Assembly (NCBI RefSeq): GCF_006345805.1
Contig: NC_043024.1
Coordinates: 17,174,001-17,238,000, forward strand
Reading direction: 5' to 3'
From: Octopus sinensis
Lineage: Eukaryota
Length of the DNA stretch: 64,000 nt
Shown here in pieces: positions 62,630 to 64,000 of the stretch (position 1 is its first letter; each line of letters opens with the position of its first letter). Made by a program: the position numbers and the translations under genes. The notes beneath the pieces are model-generated. The model did not search any database, was not told where the DNA came from, and worked only from the letters and a program-made list of their open reading frames with translations.

Positions 62630-63050
62630 ATTTCTCATAGTTGTTGTTGTTGTTACTACTATTATTATTATAATCATCATCATCATCATTATTATTGTTG
62701 TTGTTGGCTTTCCCAAGTTGTCTCCTCTCAATGTCCTCATCACTTTCTTCACTCACCAATCAGCTGCAGACTTCGCTAGTTTGTCATCAATACCAATAAT
62801 ACCATTTCCATCACCACAGCCACTGCAATCAACATCATCCTTATCATCATCATCATCATTATCATCGTCATCATTATCATCATCATTGCTTTTGTCATCA
62901 GTCATTATCATCTTCATCATCATTATCATTGTCAGTTGCCATCTTCAATAGGATCAGACATCATCATCATCATCATCACCACTACAACTATCCCCACAAT
63001 AATAATAACCATCATCATCATCACCATCATCGTCATCGTCCACTTCATGC
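62630..63050. repeat. Compound (CAT/TAT/TTG)n low-complexity region
   Basis: Seen directly. Confidence 0.85.
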
Positions 63051-64000
63051 TGTAGTATTTATGGCATCACTCAAAGAAACATCAGTGTTTCTTTTTTACT
63101 CTCATCCCCCCCCACTGCTATCTCTGCCTCCCCCCTAGCTCTCTCCCTTCATCTGTCTTTCCCCAACCCCTGTCTCTCTCAGACACAAAATGCACTCCTT
63201 AACATTCAAACATATGAAATATTTCACCTGTAGAACTTTACTTATTTTAGAATACTTTAGTAAAGAGACACATTCCATGTGTTGTGGAGTGTGTGTGTGC
63301 ATGCGTGCACATGCATGTAAGGTTGATACTTACGACCTGTCAGAGAGTGACCATTAGTTTCATACCTAAAAAGTGCTTAGCTGTATAGGCAACTCACTGA
63401 GGTTGACTTTGCCTTTCATCCTTTTGGGGTCGATAAATTAAGTACCAAATTGTTCCCTCCCAAAAAATTTTGGGCTTTGTGCCTAAAGTAGAAAACAATA
63501 TTTTATCACAATTATTTACAACAAAAGAATCTACCAGTAACTCTTATTAAGTTCTGGGTATTGACTTCTCAAAATAATATATATTCCTGCAAGAGATATC
63601 TACACTGTTGCAAATAGTCTTCACACAGTATGCTTGGCTGGAGGGATTAGTTTGTTTAGGCTGTGTATAGGTGGAGGATGTTTGCTCTGAGGGAAAGATT
63701 TTCATAATTCTATATCCCACTAAAAATAAAAGAAAGAAAATTGCATCCCTCGCCCCACAAATATTTTCCCAGGCTGCACCGGTGAGGCATATGCCCTACA
63801 TTGGGAATCACTGGTTTAAATAATGAATTTAAAACTGTGTTAGAGAACAGCCTAAAATATTTCATCGACCAAATCTATGTCTTCCACTCTGTCTACAATT
63901 CTGGAACATTGTTTTATATTTTGCAACAAACAATGTGACCAACATCATTTGCAGACATTAAGAATAAAGGTGTGCAGTGGAAGGGATAAGGGTTGGTTCC

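Noticed and set aside
63801-63813. hAT-like terminal repeat ttgggaatcactg
   Set aside because: No matching left terminus found; cannot delimit an element

Overview
AT-rich, microsatellite-saturated eukaryotic genomic DNA. The SINE/LINE repertoire and repeat style point to a coleoid cephalopod, most likely Octopus (inference, no database search). No intact, recognisable protein-coding gene is present; most ORF-track hits are translations of (TA)n/(CA)n/triplet repeats. The window holds four tRNA-headed SINE families (labelled A-D here), many RTE-type 3' tails, a decayed ~3 kb R4/Dong LINE plus a second R4 3' end, and RTE, Penelope (GIY-YIG), HERO-like, mariner, pogo and piggyBac-MITE remnants. 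Three signals stand out. (1) A textbook recursive-splice-like site (91-nt AG-free pyrimidine tract, CAG|GTAAGT) at 41054/41055 with a 42-nt in-frame cryptic exon behind it, suggesting the window lies in a giant + strand intron. (2) Several long fold-back inverted repeats and TA-flanked fragments carrying degenerate minimal type-I hammerhead-ribozyme motifs, one physically attached to a Penelope endonuclease. (3) Target-site rules among retroposons: a ~550-bp (TAA)n-targeting element sitting in R4/Dong tails, and SINE-A repeatedly inserting into itself. Repeat boundaries were set by eye (about +/-10-20 bp) and all translations were done by hand.
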